From Guillardia theta CCMP2712 (Eukaryota > Protista > Cryptophyta): a stretch of DNA of 33,578 nucleotides. The notes beneath the pieces are model-generated. The model worked only from the letters and a program-made list of their open reading frames with translations, was not told the DNA's origin and did no database searches. Both the position numbers and the translations under genes were made by a program. This document shows, one piece after another, positions 11,006 to 23,768 of the stretch (positions within the stretch are counted from its first letter, which is position 1; the number at the start of each line of letters is the position of its first letter). The DNA lies in the NCBI RefSeq assembly GCF_000315625.1, contig NW_005434490.1:58375-91952 (forward strand), in the 5' to 3' direction.

Positions 11006-12774
11006 ATGCAGAGATTGAGCATGAGAATCTCCGCCATGCTGCTGTTGCTGCAAGGTCAGCGAACTTCTTTGATCGTTTCAGCAGCTGTCGTGCTGAACCC
11101 GCTTGCCTGACAGATCTCTTTGTCCTGTCATTTTGCTTCATGACTCCTCCGCTACTCATGCCAAAGCTTCGCTCAAACCTTGCCATGCCCTGCAAGGAGG
11201 GGCATGCATCGTCCATCAAGCTCGCCATGGTGGCGCCAGGGCAGCAGAAAGTCCAAGTTCGGTCCTGGGAGCAGTCATGGCTGCAGTTGGTGGACTGGGC
11301 AGAGAAGGAGAAAATCAAGTGGTCAGGTTTTAAGGTAAGCTCCTCCTCCTCCTCCTGGCTTCTTTTCCTGCTTCTCCACCACCAGCAGCAGCAGCAGCTC
11401 CTCCTCCTCCTCCTCCTCCTCCTCCTCCTCCTCCTCCTCCTCCTCCTCCTCCTCCTCCTGCCCCAGCTTCTGCAGCAGCAGCTCCTCCTCTCCTTTCATT
11501 TTCCAAAGTCTGGCTCGCAGGTAGATGACGTTGGTGGCTATCGTGGAGCTATCGCAACGAGGTGAGAGGGGAAGCAGAGGAAGAAACAAAGCATGAAGCA
11601 AGAATCAAAGAGCAGTAGGGATAGGAAATGAGAGTGTGGAAATAGATAGGAGAGGGAGGAGGAGGAAGAAAAGAAGGAACGGGGCTGGGGGAGGTCAGAA
11701 AGTGGCTGTACTGAACGAAGGGAACAAGATTTGTCATCATGTTACATGGCAGGTCATTGAAGGAAGAGGACGTCATCGTTGTCTCTCCTCGAGAGTCAAC
11801 TCTTCTTGTCCAGGAAGTAAACAAACTTGATCGTTCCTCCTCCTCCCCCCGTAACATGATGATAGTCTCTTTACATCCTCCGTTCCCCTTCTCCCTCCTC
11901 CCTCCTCCCTGCTCCCATCCTTTTCTCTCCACATCTCTTCTATTCCCTCCTCCTCCCCCTCTCCCATCCTCTCCCTTGCCCTCTCCTCTTCTCTTCCCCC
12001 CTCACTCCTTTTCTTCCTCCTCTCTCCTCCTCTCTCCTCCTCTCTCTTCCTCTCTCCTCCTCGCTTCATGTCTCACCTCAACATGTCAGCATGACGAGTG
12101 TCCTTTCCCGCCGGACTTCCTCGACCCTCAGTGAGTGGCAGGAAGAGCAGGAGGGTCTTGACGCTCCTGCAGGTACTGGGACGAAATCCACGAGTACTGG
12201 AACCTGAGGTAGGGGGGGAAAGGAAAAACTGAGGCCAGGGGGGAGGGGGCGGGGGAGGAGGAGAGAGGAAGGAAGGAACAAGTGGGAGAGTGAAGGGAGG
12301 GATGAGGGAGAGTTGAGGAATGCTGTTGGATCGAGAGTCTATGGGAGGAGCAGAAAGTCAAGAAAACATTCTGACAAGGAGAGGAAATGGCGGGAGAGAA
12401 GAAACGAACGGCAGAAAAAGATTTCAGAAAGAAGGAAGGAATGTGAAGAAGAGGAGGATCAAATCTACATGGAGGAGGGTCAAATTTCAAGGGAGGAGGA
12501 TCGAATTTCAGGAGGAGGCGTCAATTTGTGACTTATGAAATTCAGAATGGCGTTACGGCTGATCTACGAGAAGAGGAGAGGAGAGGAGAGCAAGTGGTAC
12601 CAATACATTCAGATCCTACCAACGTAAGAAATAGACATATATCGTCATGAGGAGATATTCTGCTAACCTTGTGAGACAGGAACTTCGACGTTCCTCTGCT
12701 ATTTTCGCAGGACGAGCTGAAAGAGCTGCAGGATCCTCTTTTTATCCATGAGGTTGCTCGCTCTGCAACTTCCT

Positions 12775-12818
<44 letters not shown>

Positions 12819-13735
12819 CTCCGCCTCCATCTTCTCCTCCTCCTCCTGCTCCTCCTCCTCCTCCTCCTGCTCCTGCTCCTGCCTCTGCCTCCTCTTTCTC
12901 CTTCATCTCATCCTCATCTTCCTCTTCTTTGCAGTTCGTTTCTCCCTTCAGTCTCAACCATCCTGCCCTCTTTCATTCTTCTCAGTATCCTCCCACCCAC
13001 CTCCTCCTTCTGCCTCCCTGCTTGCTTGTCTGTTCTCCCGTTCTCCCGTTCTTCCTCTTCCTCTCATTGGGCTTGCAGGTCGAAATAGAGCAGAAATATT
13101 TCGAGTACGAGAGGAGGAGAATGGCGGACTTTATGCCCCTCCCTCCCTCCAAAGAGGTTCAAAATCTCCAGCTGCTCCCCACCTGATCCTCGTGCAGGAA
13201 CTTGGATGGGCCCTCGCCTGTGCGGGAAGCAGGACGTTCACAGCCGGTGAGGGGAGAGAGAGAGGAGGAGAAGAGAGGAGGAGAAGAGAGAGGAGGGGAG
13301 AGGAGAGGAGAGGGGAGAGAGGAGAGGAGAGGAGAGGAGAGGAGAGGAGAGGAGGAGAGGAGGAGAGAGAGAAGAGGAGGAGAGGACAGGAGATGAGAGA
13401 TCAGGAATTTAGCAGGAGGGAGGCAGGAGGGAGGCAACAGCACGGAAGCAAGGAGGATGATCGGTAGAGGATCAGGAAGTCGAACGGGTTGACTTGCTTG
13501 CTTGCAGACTTTGGGGATGGGAGACCTGTAGGTCAGTGCATGTGCCCGATCGCGGATATGGTGAACCATGAAGATGTAAGGAGGGAGGAGGGAGAGGAAA
13601 GGCGATGAAATAGAGACATTGGGAAGGGGAGGACGAGGACGAGCTCGAGGCAGAGGAAGAGGCAGAGGACGAGGACGAGGCAGAGGACGAGGATGATGGA
13701 AGATCGAGGACGAGGCAGAGGAAGAGGAAGAGAAT

Positions 13736-13767
<32 letters not shown>

Positions 13768-15701
13768 TGGAAGGTCGAGGACGAGGCAGAGGAAGAGGAA
13801 GAGAACGAGGATGAGGAAGAGGAAGAGGAAGAGAACGAGGATGAGGCAGAGGAAGAGGACGAGGACGAGGAAGAGGAAGAGGACGATGGAAGGACGAGGA
13901 CGAGGACGAGGACGAAGAAGAGGACGAGGACGAGGATGAGGCAGAGGAAGAGGAAGAGGACGAGGCAGAGGCAGAGGAAGAGGGAGAGGAAGAGGGAGGG
14001 GACAAGTTAGCGGAAGAAGAGGAGGCAAGAGGATGGGAGGGCAGAGGAAGGTGGAGGTAGTACTAGTGTAAGAGGAGACAAAGTAAGGAAGGAGAAACGA
14101 GGTGATCGTTTCATACAGGAGGCTGAACCAGCGTTCCGATGGAACCCTGAAGAGGTAAAGAGAAGTACCAAAAACGATGATGAAGATGAAGATGAAAATG
14201 AAGATGAAGATGAAGATGAAAATGAAGACGATAATCATGATCATGATATGGTGGTGATGGTGATGGTGATGGTGATGGTGATGGTGATGGTGATGTTGAT
14301 GGTGATGATGGTGATGGTGATGGTGATGGTGATGGTGATGGTGATGGTGATGGTGATGGTGATGGTGATGGTGATGGTGATGGTGATGATTGTTCAACAC
14401 GACCAAACACCTTTTCGTTGACACTAATGTCTATCTGATAGGAATGTTTCGAACTATTTGCTCCTCGATCGCGCCAACGGGGGGAAGAAATATGCATTTC
14501 ATATGGAGATGTAATAATTGCGAAGAGGACGTTGAAGAGAAGGGGGAGAGCACGTGTTGATGATGAGAACATTGACGACGATAACGAGGAGGAGGAGGAG
14601 GAGGAGGAGGTCAATGGTGGTGATGGTGGTGGTGATGGTGGTGGTGATGGTGATGGTGATGGTGATGGTGATGGTGATGGTGATGGTGATGATGATGATN
14701 NNNNNNNNNNNNNNNNNNNNNNNNNNNNNNNNNNNNNNNNNNNNNNNNNNNNNNNNNNNNNNNNNNNNNNNNNNNNNNNNNNNNNNNNNNNNNNNNNNNG
14801 TAGTCGCTGAAATGATCGTGTCAAGCGAGCAAAGCGAAAGCTCAGATCCCAAGAGTACCAAGGAGGTTCAAAACTGGAACAAACCCTTATCTCTTGCCCT
14901 GCCCGCCCTCACTGGAAGTTCAGGTTGCCAAGGCCCCTGTTTAGGGTTTTCTCTGTCAAAGCACAAAGAAGCTGGAGCGGAAAGAAATACTCTTGGACAG
15001 TACCAGGTTGACTTCCCGTGGCTGTGGAGGAGATGAAGTGAGGTGAAGTTATGTCAAATCAAGGTAAAGAGCCTGTTCGCGTACTCCAGTGAGGAAGTGC
15101 TGCTCATTCAAGCACAAGAAGGAGGCAAACAGGTAGTTGTGCTTCAGATCTGATCTCAACTTGCGATGACGTGGCGAGATTCAATGCTTACTGCCCACTC
15201 TTCTTCCTTCCTGTCCTCCTTACACCTTTTTATTTCTTCCTTCCTCTGATCTTTTGCCCCGTTCTTTCTGCGTGCCTCTCCTTCCTTTCCGAAACCACCT
15301 TGACGTAATCCTCAGGTCGCCATGTCGCCTCTTCACTCCTCTCCTCTCCTCACCTCTCCTCACCTCACCTCTCCTCTCCTCTACCTCTCCTCTCCTCTCC
15401 TCTCCTCTCCTCTCCTCTCCTCTCCTCTCCTCTCCTCTCCTCTCCTCTCCTCTCCTCTCCTCTCCTCTCCTCTCCTCTCCTCTCCTCTCCTCTCCTCTCC
15501 TCTCCTCTCCTCTCATCTGACATTATTCTTTTCCTTCTGATTGTACTGCGTCAGATTCTTGAAACTGTTAAAGAGACCCTGGGAGAAGAAGACGAAACGA
15601 AACTCAAAGGTGAGCTAGAAACTTACAAGATCAGTTCTGACATGTAAGCAGATGTGAAACAACATGCGCTCAAGGTCTCCATCCTCATCTCCTCTTCTTC
15701 T

Positions 15702-15735
<34 letters not shown>

Positions 15736-16398
15736 GCTGCTGCTGCTGCTCCTCCTCCTCCTCCTCCTCCTCCTCCTCCTCCTCCTCTTTCTACTTGTCT
15801 ATCCACTTGTCTTTCTCCTTGTCTTTCTCCTTCAACTTCTCCTCCCCTTTCATCTCCTTCTCCATCACCTTTTTCTGCTTTTTCTTTACCTTTTATTCCT
15901 CAGCATTTGTCAGTCTAAAATTTTTCCCGCAGCTGCTCGTGAACGAACAAGTTTCTAGCATGAAACTACCTTTAGCTCATCTCGAAGAAACTTCTCTGCT
16001 TCTTGATGACACGTATCAACTCTTGTCCTGTCCTGTCCTGCCCTGCCCTGCCCTGCCCTGCCCTGCCCTGCCCTGCCCTGCCCTGCCCTGCCCTGCCCTG
16101 CCCTGCCTTGTCCTGCCCTGTCTTGTCTTCTCCTCTTGTGCTGTGCTATGCTGTGCTTTTCTTACTTCACTTCAGCAGGCAGAGCGGCCACGAGTTTCGC
16201 GTTCCTCCTTCCTCCTCTCCTCTCCTCCCCGACCTCCGTATCTTCCTCAACCTCCTCGCCGTTGACTCTCAGGAAGCAAAAGTAGGAGCCCTGCAGCTTG
16301 CAAGGCTGCTACAGGTTGCTGCCTCATTATCCTCCTCGTCATCTTCATCATCGTCCTTGCCCTCCTCCCTCTTGTCTCTCTCCTCCTCTTCCTGCCTT

Positions 16399-16472
<74 letters not shown>

Positions 16473-16488
16473 GCTCCTCCTGCTCCTG

Positions 16489-16534
<46 letters not shown>

Positions 16535-16859
16535 CCCCCTCACAAGCTTTCAGGATGGAGATTTTCTTTCTCCGAGCCATCGAAGTCGCTCACTCAAAAT
16601 CTTCCGTCGAGTCATCGAGAAAAAAGTGATGAGAGGAGGAGCAGGAGGAGGATCAGGAGCAGGAGCAGGAGCAGGAGCAGGAGAAGGAGCAGGAGCAGGA
16701 GCAGGATCAGGGAGCAGGGAGCAGGGAGCAGGGAGCAGGGAGCAGGGAGCAGGAGGACTTGGATGAGAAGGAGGGCAAGGACGAGGAGAAGAAAGATTAC
16801 GTGGAGCAGGAAAAAGGAGAGGGAGAGGGAGAGGACGAGCAAGATTGCAAGGAGAAAGC

Positions 16860-16899
<40 letters not shown>

Positions 16900-17192
16900 G
16901 GGGAAAAGGAGGAGGAGATTTAACGAAATGCAGATGAGCGCAATGGCGACGACGATGGAAGAAGACGAGGAGATATTGAAACAAACAGGTAAAGAGATGA
17001 GATCGAGTCTGTGTGTTGGTTGTTGAGGAGGAACAATCGTAACAGAGACAAGTCAAGACAAGGAAAGGCTGCGACTTTGTGTGAGGTGAATAGAAGCGAA
17101 GAAACAATTTGTGACATGTGACTTGATGTTGAAGGTATCGCCTATCGCTCAAACAGATGCTTCAGAATTCTCTTTCATTTGTGCAAGACTGA
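11006..17192 (+). CDS. SET-domain lysine methyltransferase, Rubisco LSMT/SETD3-like, with bipartite (signal + transit) N-terminus; multi-exon, spans an assembly gap
   Basis: Spliced exons read MRISAMLLLLQDLFVLSFC-FMTPP..., VDDVGGYRGAIATRSLKEEDVIVVSPRE, RMALRLIYEKRRGEESKWYQYIQILPT, NFDVPLLFSQDELKELQ, LGWALACAGSRTF, CMCPIADMVNH (SET NH motif), GEEICISYGD. C-terminal TTMEEDEEILKQ and RLRLCVRYRLSLKQMLQNSLSFVQD* (TGA 17190-17192) are typical of the LSMT substrate-binding domain. Confidence 0.85.
13630..14000. repeat. Degenerate (GAGGAC/GAGGAA/GAGGCA)n purine-rich intronic repeat
   Basis: Lies between SET exons ...MVNHED and EAEPAFRWNPEE. Confidence 0.85.
14230..14390. repeat. (GGTGAT)n intronic microsatellite
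   Basis: Direct hexanucleotide run; recurs at ~14615-14699. Confidence 0.95.
14700..14799. other. Assembly gap (100 N)
   Basis: N run. The expected SET exon carrying the N..LL..YGF motif is not visible and probably lies in the gap. Confidence 0.98.
15335..15515. repeat. (TCTCC)n intronic microsatellite
   Basis: Direct pentanucleotide run. The same unit occurs at ~13260-13380 (opposite strand), 31200-31450, 31709-31762 and 33040-33285. Confidence 0.95.
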
Positions 17193-17553
17193 AAGTTTTC
17201 TTTACTGCTTGCAATGAAGTTGCACACGTCATTCTTGCCAGATCAAGAATTTAAATGTCATGGATGTGATCTGCAAACTAGATAGATGATATCCACTCCT
17301 TAAATTTGGGTTGAATTCGGAATGATGTTCTACATTTTGACATGTCACATGTCAAACAAATGCGACATGTCACATGTTAAACAAATGCAATTTGATTACT
17401 ATTCAGATGTGATTTGATTATTAGATGGATATGATTCGAAAATCAGATAGACAATATCTCAATATCCATGTGAGGATCAGGAAATTTTGATGTTTTTGAT
17501 GTCGCTCATTTACAAGACGTTCGAGTTAGCAAAGATAGCAAAGAAGGAAACAA

Positions 17554-18988
17554 TCATCCAAATCCACGAGGACGAGGAGGAGGGCTTTTCTTTTTGTCTT
17601 CCGGGAGCTGTAACAATGCAAGATGTCAACAACCATCAATGAAAAGGGAATTGAAATAAGTGATGTTATCAAGTCAGCACACAACAATGATAAACAATGA
17701 AACAATGACTTCAACAACAGACAACAGACAACAAAGTCATGATAAAATCAGAGGAGACAGAAGGAAAGACAACAAACATGATGAGAAACAAGAAAACAAC
17801 ATCAACAAACTCACTTGCTTCCCAAGAATTCTCTGTTTCACTCTGTCTTCAACCTCTTCAACCGACATGCTCTCCATGAGCTTCATTCGCTCCCGCATCA
17901 GAATCTTCACTTTATCCTGGTCGGATGACTGACATGCACTAGTCAGCGATGCCTCCTGCTGCTGCTGCTGCTCCTCCTCCTCCTCCTCCTGCTCCTCCTC
18001 CTTCCGATCCTGCTTGGCTTTCTCCCCCCCCCCCCCCCTCCCGGCACCTTCCTCCTGCTCCTGCTCCTGCTCCTGCTCCTCCCTCATCCTGCATCTCCTC
18101 CTTACCTTCAGCTTCTCTTGTGGAACCTTCTTGAATCTTCTGTAGTACGCCAACGGTGAAAACACGGACAGCAGGTACAAACAACAAAGAACGTGCAGTT
18201 GACATGAACAACACAGACAACAAAACGATGTTTCAGAACGAAAGATCGTCTTATCAGAACGATATTCAGTCGACAACAATTATTGACACTCGACAGCAGC
18301 TCTAACGATGATACTATAGCTACAACCAATCAAAAAGACATCAGCAATGCTCGTCTGTTGTGGAACCTCTTTGGATTTCCCTTGGAGTTTTCTCTCTCGA
18401 TTTTCTCCCTTTTATGTTGCACTGCAATCTTCCCGGCTCTGGCAATACGAAAATTTCAGAAACAAGAAACAAAACAGACCAGACTGGAAGAAAATCGAAC
18501 AGACAACGAAGAATATGACAAATAACATCACAAAGAAAATCGAACAGACAACGCAGAATATGAGAAATAACATCACAAGGGAAAACGAACAGAGAACGAA
18601 TAACATGAAAAATGACATCACAAAGCATGTGACACAACACGAAATTATCTCACCTTGACCAAGCTTGTTGAGCCGTTTGCATATCAACTCTGAAATGAAA
18701 CCAAATTTTCAGACCGCTGTTCCCATACTTTCATATATTCCTTCCCTCTCTCCCTCCCTCCCTCCCTCCGTCCGTCCTCCGTCCTCCTCCTCCTCCTCCT
18801 TGAGAATCAACCTGAAGAACTCATCTTCCACCTCGGGTCCATCAAAGTGATCGTTTCTGCGTTGCCGTGAGCACAGAGCGACACAAGCAAAGCAGGTGGC
18901 TGTACTTGTCTTTGTCATGCGTCTTGGGGTTTCTTGCAGCTATCATGTATGTCAGAGTGCGATAAAGCGAGAGAAAGAGCAGGAGAAG

Positions 18989-19019
<31 letters not shown>

Positions 19020-19201
19020 GAGAGGGAGAGGGAGAGGGAGAGGGAGAGGGAGAGGGAGAGGGAGAGGGAGAGGGAGAGGGAGAGGGAGAGGGAGAGGGAG
19101 GAAGCTGCGAGGAGGTATGGCAATTTGCAGTTGTTCAAAGACAAGAGAGAGAGACGGGAATAGGAAGACAGAGTAATCAAGATCAGGATCAGGATCAAGA
19201 T

Positions 19202-19260
<59 letters not shown>

Positions 19261-19477
19261 ATGAGTACCATAGACGCATGTGTTCATCATTTCTCTTGTC
19301 TGTCCTATCGATGCCTGGTAACAAACCGTCACATCGCTACGTGTCGACGGCTCCTCCTCTCACCAGGCTCGCTCGACCATTCTTGGTCGTCAGGTAGCAT
19401 GAAGGAGGGAAGGAGAAGGAGAGGCAGAGATCGAGCAGGACAGAAAGGATGAATGTCGATCGAAGCGCCGCCATCAT
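17554..19477 (-). CDS. Multi-exon hypothetical protein with N-terminal signal peptide
   Basis: ATG 19477 gives MMAALRSTFILSVLLDLCLSFSFPSFMLPDDQEWSSEP. Later exons: GIDRTDKRNDEHMRLW, RNDHFDGPEVEDEFFRLILK, YYRRFKKVPQEKLK, SSDQDKVKILMRERMKLMESMSVEEVEDRVKQRILGK, LPEDKKKSPPPRPRGFG* (stop 17554-17556). Confidence 0.55.
18490..18623. repeat. ~45-bp degenerate minisatellite x3
   Basis: GAAAATCGAACAGACAACGAAGAATATGACAAATAACATCACAAA-like units at 18490, 18535 and 18581. Confidence 0.85.
18990..19260. repeat. (GGAGAG)n and (GAGCAG)n intronic microsatellites
   Basis: Direct runs at ~18990-19100 and ~19200-19260. Confidence 0.9.
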
Positions 19478-19764
19478 ATCTGACTGGCAGAGTCACGGAC
19501 AGCGGAAGTCAGCATGTAGAATAACTCTGACGTCTGGGATCTACATCGCTCCTTTGACTTCCTCCTCAACTCTCTCCGCTTCTTCCCATCATTAAAACAA
19601 TGCTCCTTGACCGCACATGCTCTGCATGCTTCCAACCTACCGTCATCAACCTAGTGGCTCCAACGTGCGTTTGCTATCCTTTCAGCCATTCGTGTTTTCC
19701 TCCTTTCTCTTCCCTCATTCCTTATGTCCAGTTGGAAGTTGTGTTGGAGTTGATGGTGACTATG

Positions 19765-19767
19765 CTA

Positions 19768-19818
<51 letters not shown>

Positions 19819-20075
19819 CTCCTGCTGCTGCTCCTCCTCCTCCTGCTCCTCCTGCTGCTGCTGCTGCTTCTCCTCCTCCTGCTGCTGCTCCTCCTCCTCC
19901 TGCTCCTGCTGCTGGTGGTCCTGCTGCTGCTGGTCCTCCTCCTCCTCCTGCTCCTGCTGGTCCTCCTGCTGCTGGTGGTCCTGCTGCTGCCCCTGCTCCT
20001 GCTGCTGATGCCCCCGCTGCTGCTGCTGCTGCTGCTGCCCCTGCTGCTGCTGCTGCCCCTGCTGCTGCTGCTGCT
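19765..20075. repeat. Compound (CTG)n/(CTC)n trinucleotide tract, intergenic
   Basis: About 310 bp of interrupted CTG/CTC triplets. Confidence 0.9.
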
Positions 20076-20891
20076 TCAACGTCGCATCTCCCCCGATTGC
20101 ACGTTTGGCCTCCCAAAAAACGTTTCCGCAGAAGCTGGCAGACCATATCTTCAAAGCACAGTACCCCACCCATAGATTTACAGGGGTTTACTAGTAAACT
20201 ATAGGGGTACAAAAGCAGACAGGGTGGGAGGACAGGTGGCTTCTAGAAGAATGACCGGTGGTTTTAGGAAAATGCAGCGAGTACCCCAAACAGTGTTGAT
20301 TTTGATACGGTGGGGTTGACCTATCACCGGTACTTTTCACTATTTTTGTAACCGGTGATGAATGTCGCTCTTTCTGTGGAAAGGTATTTGGAGGGTGGGG
20401 TGGGGTGGGGTGATTGGGTTGTAATCAGCCATGCAGGTACGCCACAGCATTGCAGAGGAGAACATGGAGGATGGAGGGGAAGTGAAGGGGGGAGAGGGAG
20501 GCTATGCCGGGAGATTAATCAGAGGATAGGAAAGAATGAAGCTGTGCAGAAGGATTCTGCCCAGTCTGTTGTAGGAGAGAGGAAATATGAGGCAAACATC
20601 AGACAAACATGCAAGGAGGATAGCGGAAGAAGAAGAGAGGAGAATGAGAGGAGCTGTTTTGAGGGGGTTAGAGTGAAGATGATGATGTTTGTGATTGGTG
20701 CTGAGGAGATGAGGATGTAGCAAGGGAAGCAAAAGAGGAAGCGAGGATTGTAGTCCCAGGTCACAGAGGACAGGTGTTCACGATCAAGTGACCAGGAAAT
20801 TAGGGGCAGACAGCAAGGGAGAAGTCAGTAGATCTCAACTGATGATGTATGATGATTCACCATCCTCATCCTCTCTTGGTTCTTACCGCAG

Positions 20892-22849
20892 GCGGCGCTC
20901 GATCGCCTGCTGTCGCGGGTTGCGATGGCCTCTGTGGGCATCATGGCGGGGGCGTCGGGTGAGACTCCATGGTTGTAAGTAGACCGAGGCTGATCGACAC
21001 GTCTGCAGCACTGAATTCTTGTATTTATGACATCGATGGCGGAAAGGTGATTTTCTCCTGCTGCCCAAACGACGATACTGATCACCCCTGTCAGCGTGCC
21101 GTCATGTTCAATAGGTTTCCGAACCCTTTCACGGGCGATGCGAGGTAGCGCAAAGAGGATGCTGTCATGGTGGATGATGATCTTGGCCTCCAGTGGCATT
21201 CAGAAGTATGTGATCAAGGAAGGAACTCACTTCAAGGTGCCGCCATGGCCTCTCGGCCGCACCGCACCATCTGAGAACTGTATAGATCCCTTTTATCCAA
21301 GACCCCAAGATATTTGACGTCAGGACTCGCCCGAGGGCCATTCCGACTGTTACTGGTCAGCTTTGACTCATTGAGTGAACCCTCTGACTCCTTGCGGCCC
21401 AGGCACCAAGGACTTGCAGATGGTGGGAGGCTGGTAGGACCAAGGTCTCAGCTGGAATTGACCTTGGCTCCGCCAGGTCAATATCACCCTGCGTCTTCTT
21501 TCAAGGCCGTATATCGATAGCCTTCCGCAAATCTACCAGCAGCTCGGTGACATGTTCTGAGCTGCTGCGACTCCCTTACCTCCTCCAAGGCCTCGACTAC
21601 GACGAGCGAATCTTGCCCTCGATCGCCAATGAGGTTTCGCGTCTTCAGGACAGCCGCATGGCTTTTTGATTCGCCCGTAACAGGTTCTCAAGAGCGTTGT
21701 CGCCCAGTATGATGCCGAGGAGCTGCTGAAGAAGCGAGAGATGGTGTCTCGAGAGGTCAAGGAGCAGCTTACTCAGGTTGGATTGATGGCGTAGAGAATC
21801 CGATCCTGACTTTGACTTCCTGTGCCAGCGTGCTCATGACTTCCACATCGTCCTCGAGGACATCTCGATTACTCATCTTACATTTGGAAAGGTTGTATCG
21901 GCTGATCGCTCTGACTTGCTCGTACTGACAAAATCTCTCTCACGAAAGGAATTTGCCACAGCGATTGAAAGGAAGCAAGTCGCTCAGCAAGAGGCAATGC
22001 CTTCGAGCTGCTCGATCAGGAGATCCTGCTGACCTCACCTACAGGCTGAGAGGCAGAAGTTTGTTGTGGCGAAGGCGGAGCAGGAAAGGAAGGTAACAGC
22101 TCTTCCTACGTGCTCTTCTTTCATCATGATTTCTTTTTTCCCAGGCCAACGTCATCAGAGCTGAAGGAGAAGCTGAGGTCTTGTCTCCCGGGCCCTCTGA
22201 CTCCTCCGCCTGATCTCTCCATCGAGTAGGCAGCCAAGATGATCTCGTCGGCCCTCAAACAAGGACCGGTACGCTCTCAGTGACTGGGGAGGAGACAGAG
22301 CTGACCGGCACCGTAGGCGCTTGTTGAGCTGCGAAGATTGGAAGCGGCAAGAGATATCACCACAACCCTTGCCAAGGTGCGGGCACCTCCGTGCCTTCTA
22401 ACGACCCACCCCACATTCCCTCTCCCATTCAGCCTCCCATTCCACTCTCCTCAACTTGCCTCACCTCCCTCGTCGTGCTTGTCACTCTGTTTGACTGCTC
22501 GTGTTTTTTTCCCTTCTTGCAGTCCAAGAACGTCGTCTTCATCCCGTCTGGCTCTTCGCACGGAGGTGAGTTTCGGACATACGCGATTCCCTCGTCTACT
22601 CCTTGCCTCTTATAACCATGTGCTCCTTCGTGCTTGTCGCTCCTCGTCCTCGTCCGCCTCCGCCTTCCCCTCCTCTTCCAACGACTCTTGCTCCCATTGC
22701 TTCGACCCTCTCTGACGCTTTCATTTTTCTTTGCAACTATGGATGATCTGGGGACTGGGTGCTTTTTCAAACTTGTGTGGTCGTGGGAAATATGAGGGAG
22801 GGGAGGGGATGCAGGAACGGGAATGCTACTCAATCTCAAGGAGGCTTAA
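20892..22849 (+). CDS. PHB1: Prohibitin (SPFH/band-7 family), PHB1 type; ~17 short exons; start codon upstream of 20892 not resolved
   Basis: Spliced translation: ...[16 protein letters not shown]...[49 protein letters not shown]...[30 protein letters not shown]...[65 protein letters not shown]...[28 protein letters not shown]...GMLLNLKEA* (TAA 22847-22849). Confidence 0.95.
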
Positions 22850-23186
22850 CATGGCTGCTTTCTCCAGCTGCGTTAGAGCTGCTAGTCAAAAAGTTTTATC
22901 AGGGGAGAATGAACCATGCCTTCTGGGCGTCACTACTTTCTCGAATCTGTCCCGTTCACTTTCAGACCAAATGTTAATCTTCAGACATCTGCACATGCCT
23001 TTCAGCCTCAACTTGTGCTCTCGATAAAATCGTTCTCCTCTCCCTCGTAATCCTTCTCTCAGTCTCCTGCCTTCCCCTCCATGACAGCGACACATTCAAG
23101 AGTAAAAGTGTTGTTTTATTTACAACCAGCCCATGCTGATACAATACAGCGAAAGAATACTACTTCCACATCCATACGCACATTCC

Positions 23187-23768
23187 TCAAACCCTCCTCC
23201 TCTTCATCTTGTAGGGATCCCCTGGCCCCATAGTCAGCTCAGAGTCGTCATCCAGCCCATCCTTGTCCTCGGGGGGAGGGCTTTCGTACTGCTCGAGGTT
23301 CAGCAGCGTCTTCCCGACGCCGGGGACGCGAGCTGCCCGCTTCCTGTCCATCTCGGACCATCCAACAGGAGGCCATACCCACTCCATCTTGGTGGAGTGA
23401 AGGGGCTCGAAATGCGCTCCTGCATTGCCGTTGGACTGGAAGACAGCAGCGTTCTCTGTGCGGTGGATTGATCCCGTGGATGTGCTGGTGCAGGAGAGGG
23501 ATGAAGAGCATGAGGAGAGTGAGTCTACCCAGCAAGACATGCTCCCATTGCCCCGCTCTGCTGCCATGTTGAACAGCGGATTAGCGACGTTGTCTTCCTT
23601 GTGCACAAAATTCCAGTGATGATGCCATCGATGCGGGTGTTGCATGCCTAGGGGAACCGCAGCAGGAGCAGGCGCCAGCATGTGCGCTGGTGCCAGCATG
23701 TGCGCTGGTGCCAGCATGTGCTCCATAGAGTGTTCTGTGAATGCAACACGTCTACTTCTTTCTTCCAT
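23187..23768 (-). CDS. Intronless hypothetical protein (193 aa)
   Basis: Uninterrupted ATG-started ORF of normal composition with an in-frame 18-bp repeat (HMLAPA x3) and a MEWVWPPVGW segment. Confidence 0.5.
   Translation of the reverse strand: MEERSRRVAFTEHSMEHMLAPAHMLAPAHMLAPAPAAVPLGMQHPHRWHHHWNFVHKEDNVANPLFNMAAERGNGSMSCWVDSLSSCSSSLSCTSTSTGSIHRTENAAVFQSNGNAGAHFEPLHSTKMEWVWPPVGWSEMDRKRAARVPGVGKTLLNLEQYESPPPEDKDGLDDDSELTMGPGDPYKMKRRRV

Noticed and set aside
13159-14424. 421-aa poly-His/Pro/Ser ORF and overlapping long ORFs
   Set aside because: Antisense translation of intronic microsatellites within the SET gene.
15220-17152. EERRG, LLSSP, RS and AG repeat ORFs (also at 31070-31477 and 33007-33511)
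   Set aside because: Penta- and hexanucleotide microsatellite translations.
19600-20212. Poly-Q/poly-L/poly-A ORFs in several frames
   Set aside because: CTG/CTC triplet tract that is open in most frames by construction; no unique coding flanks.
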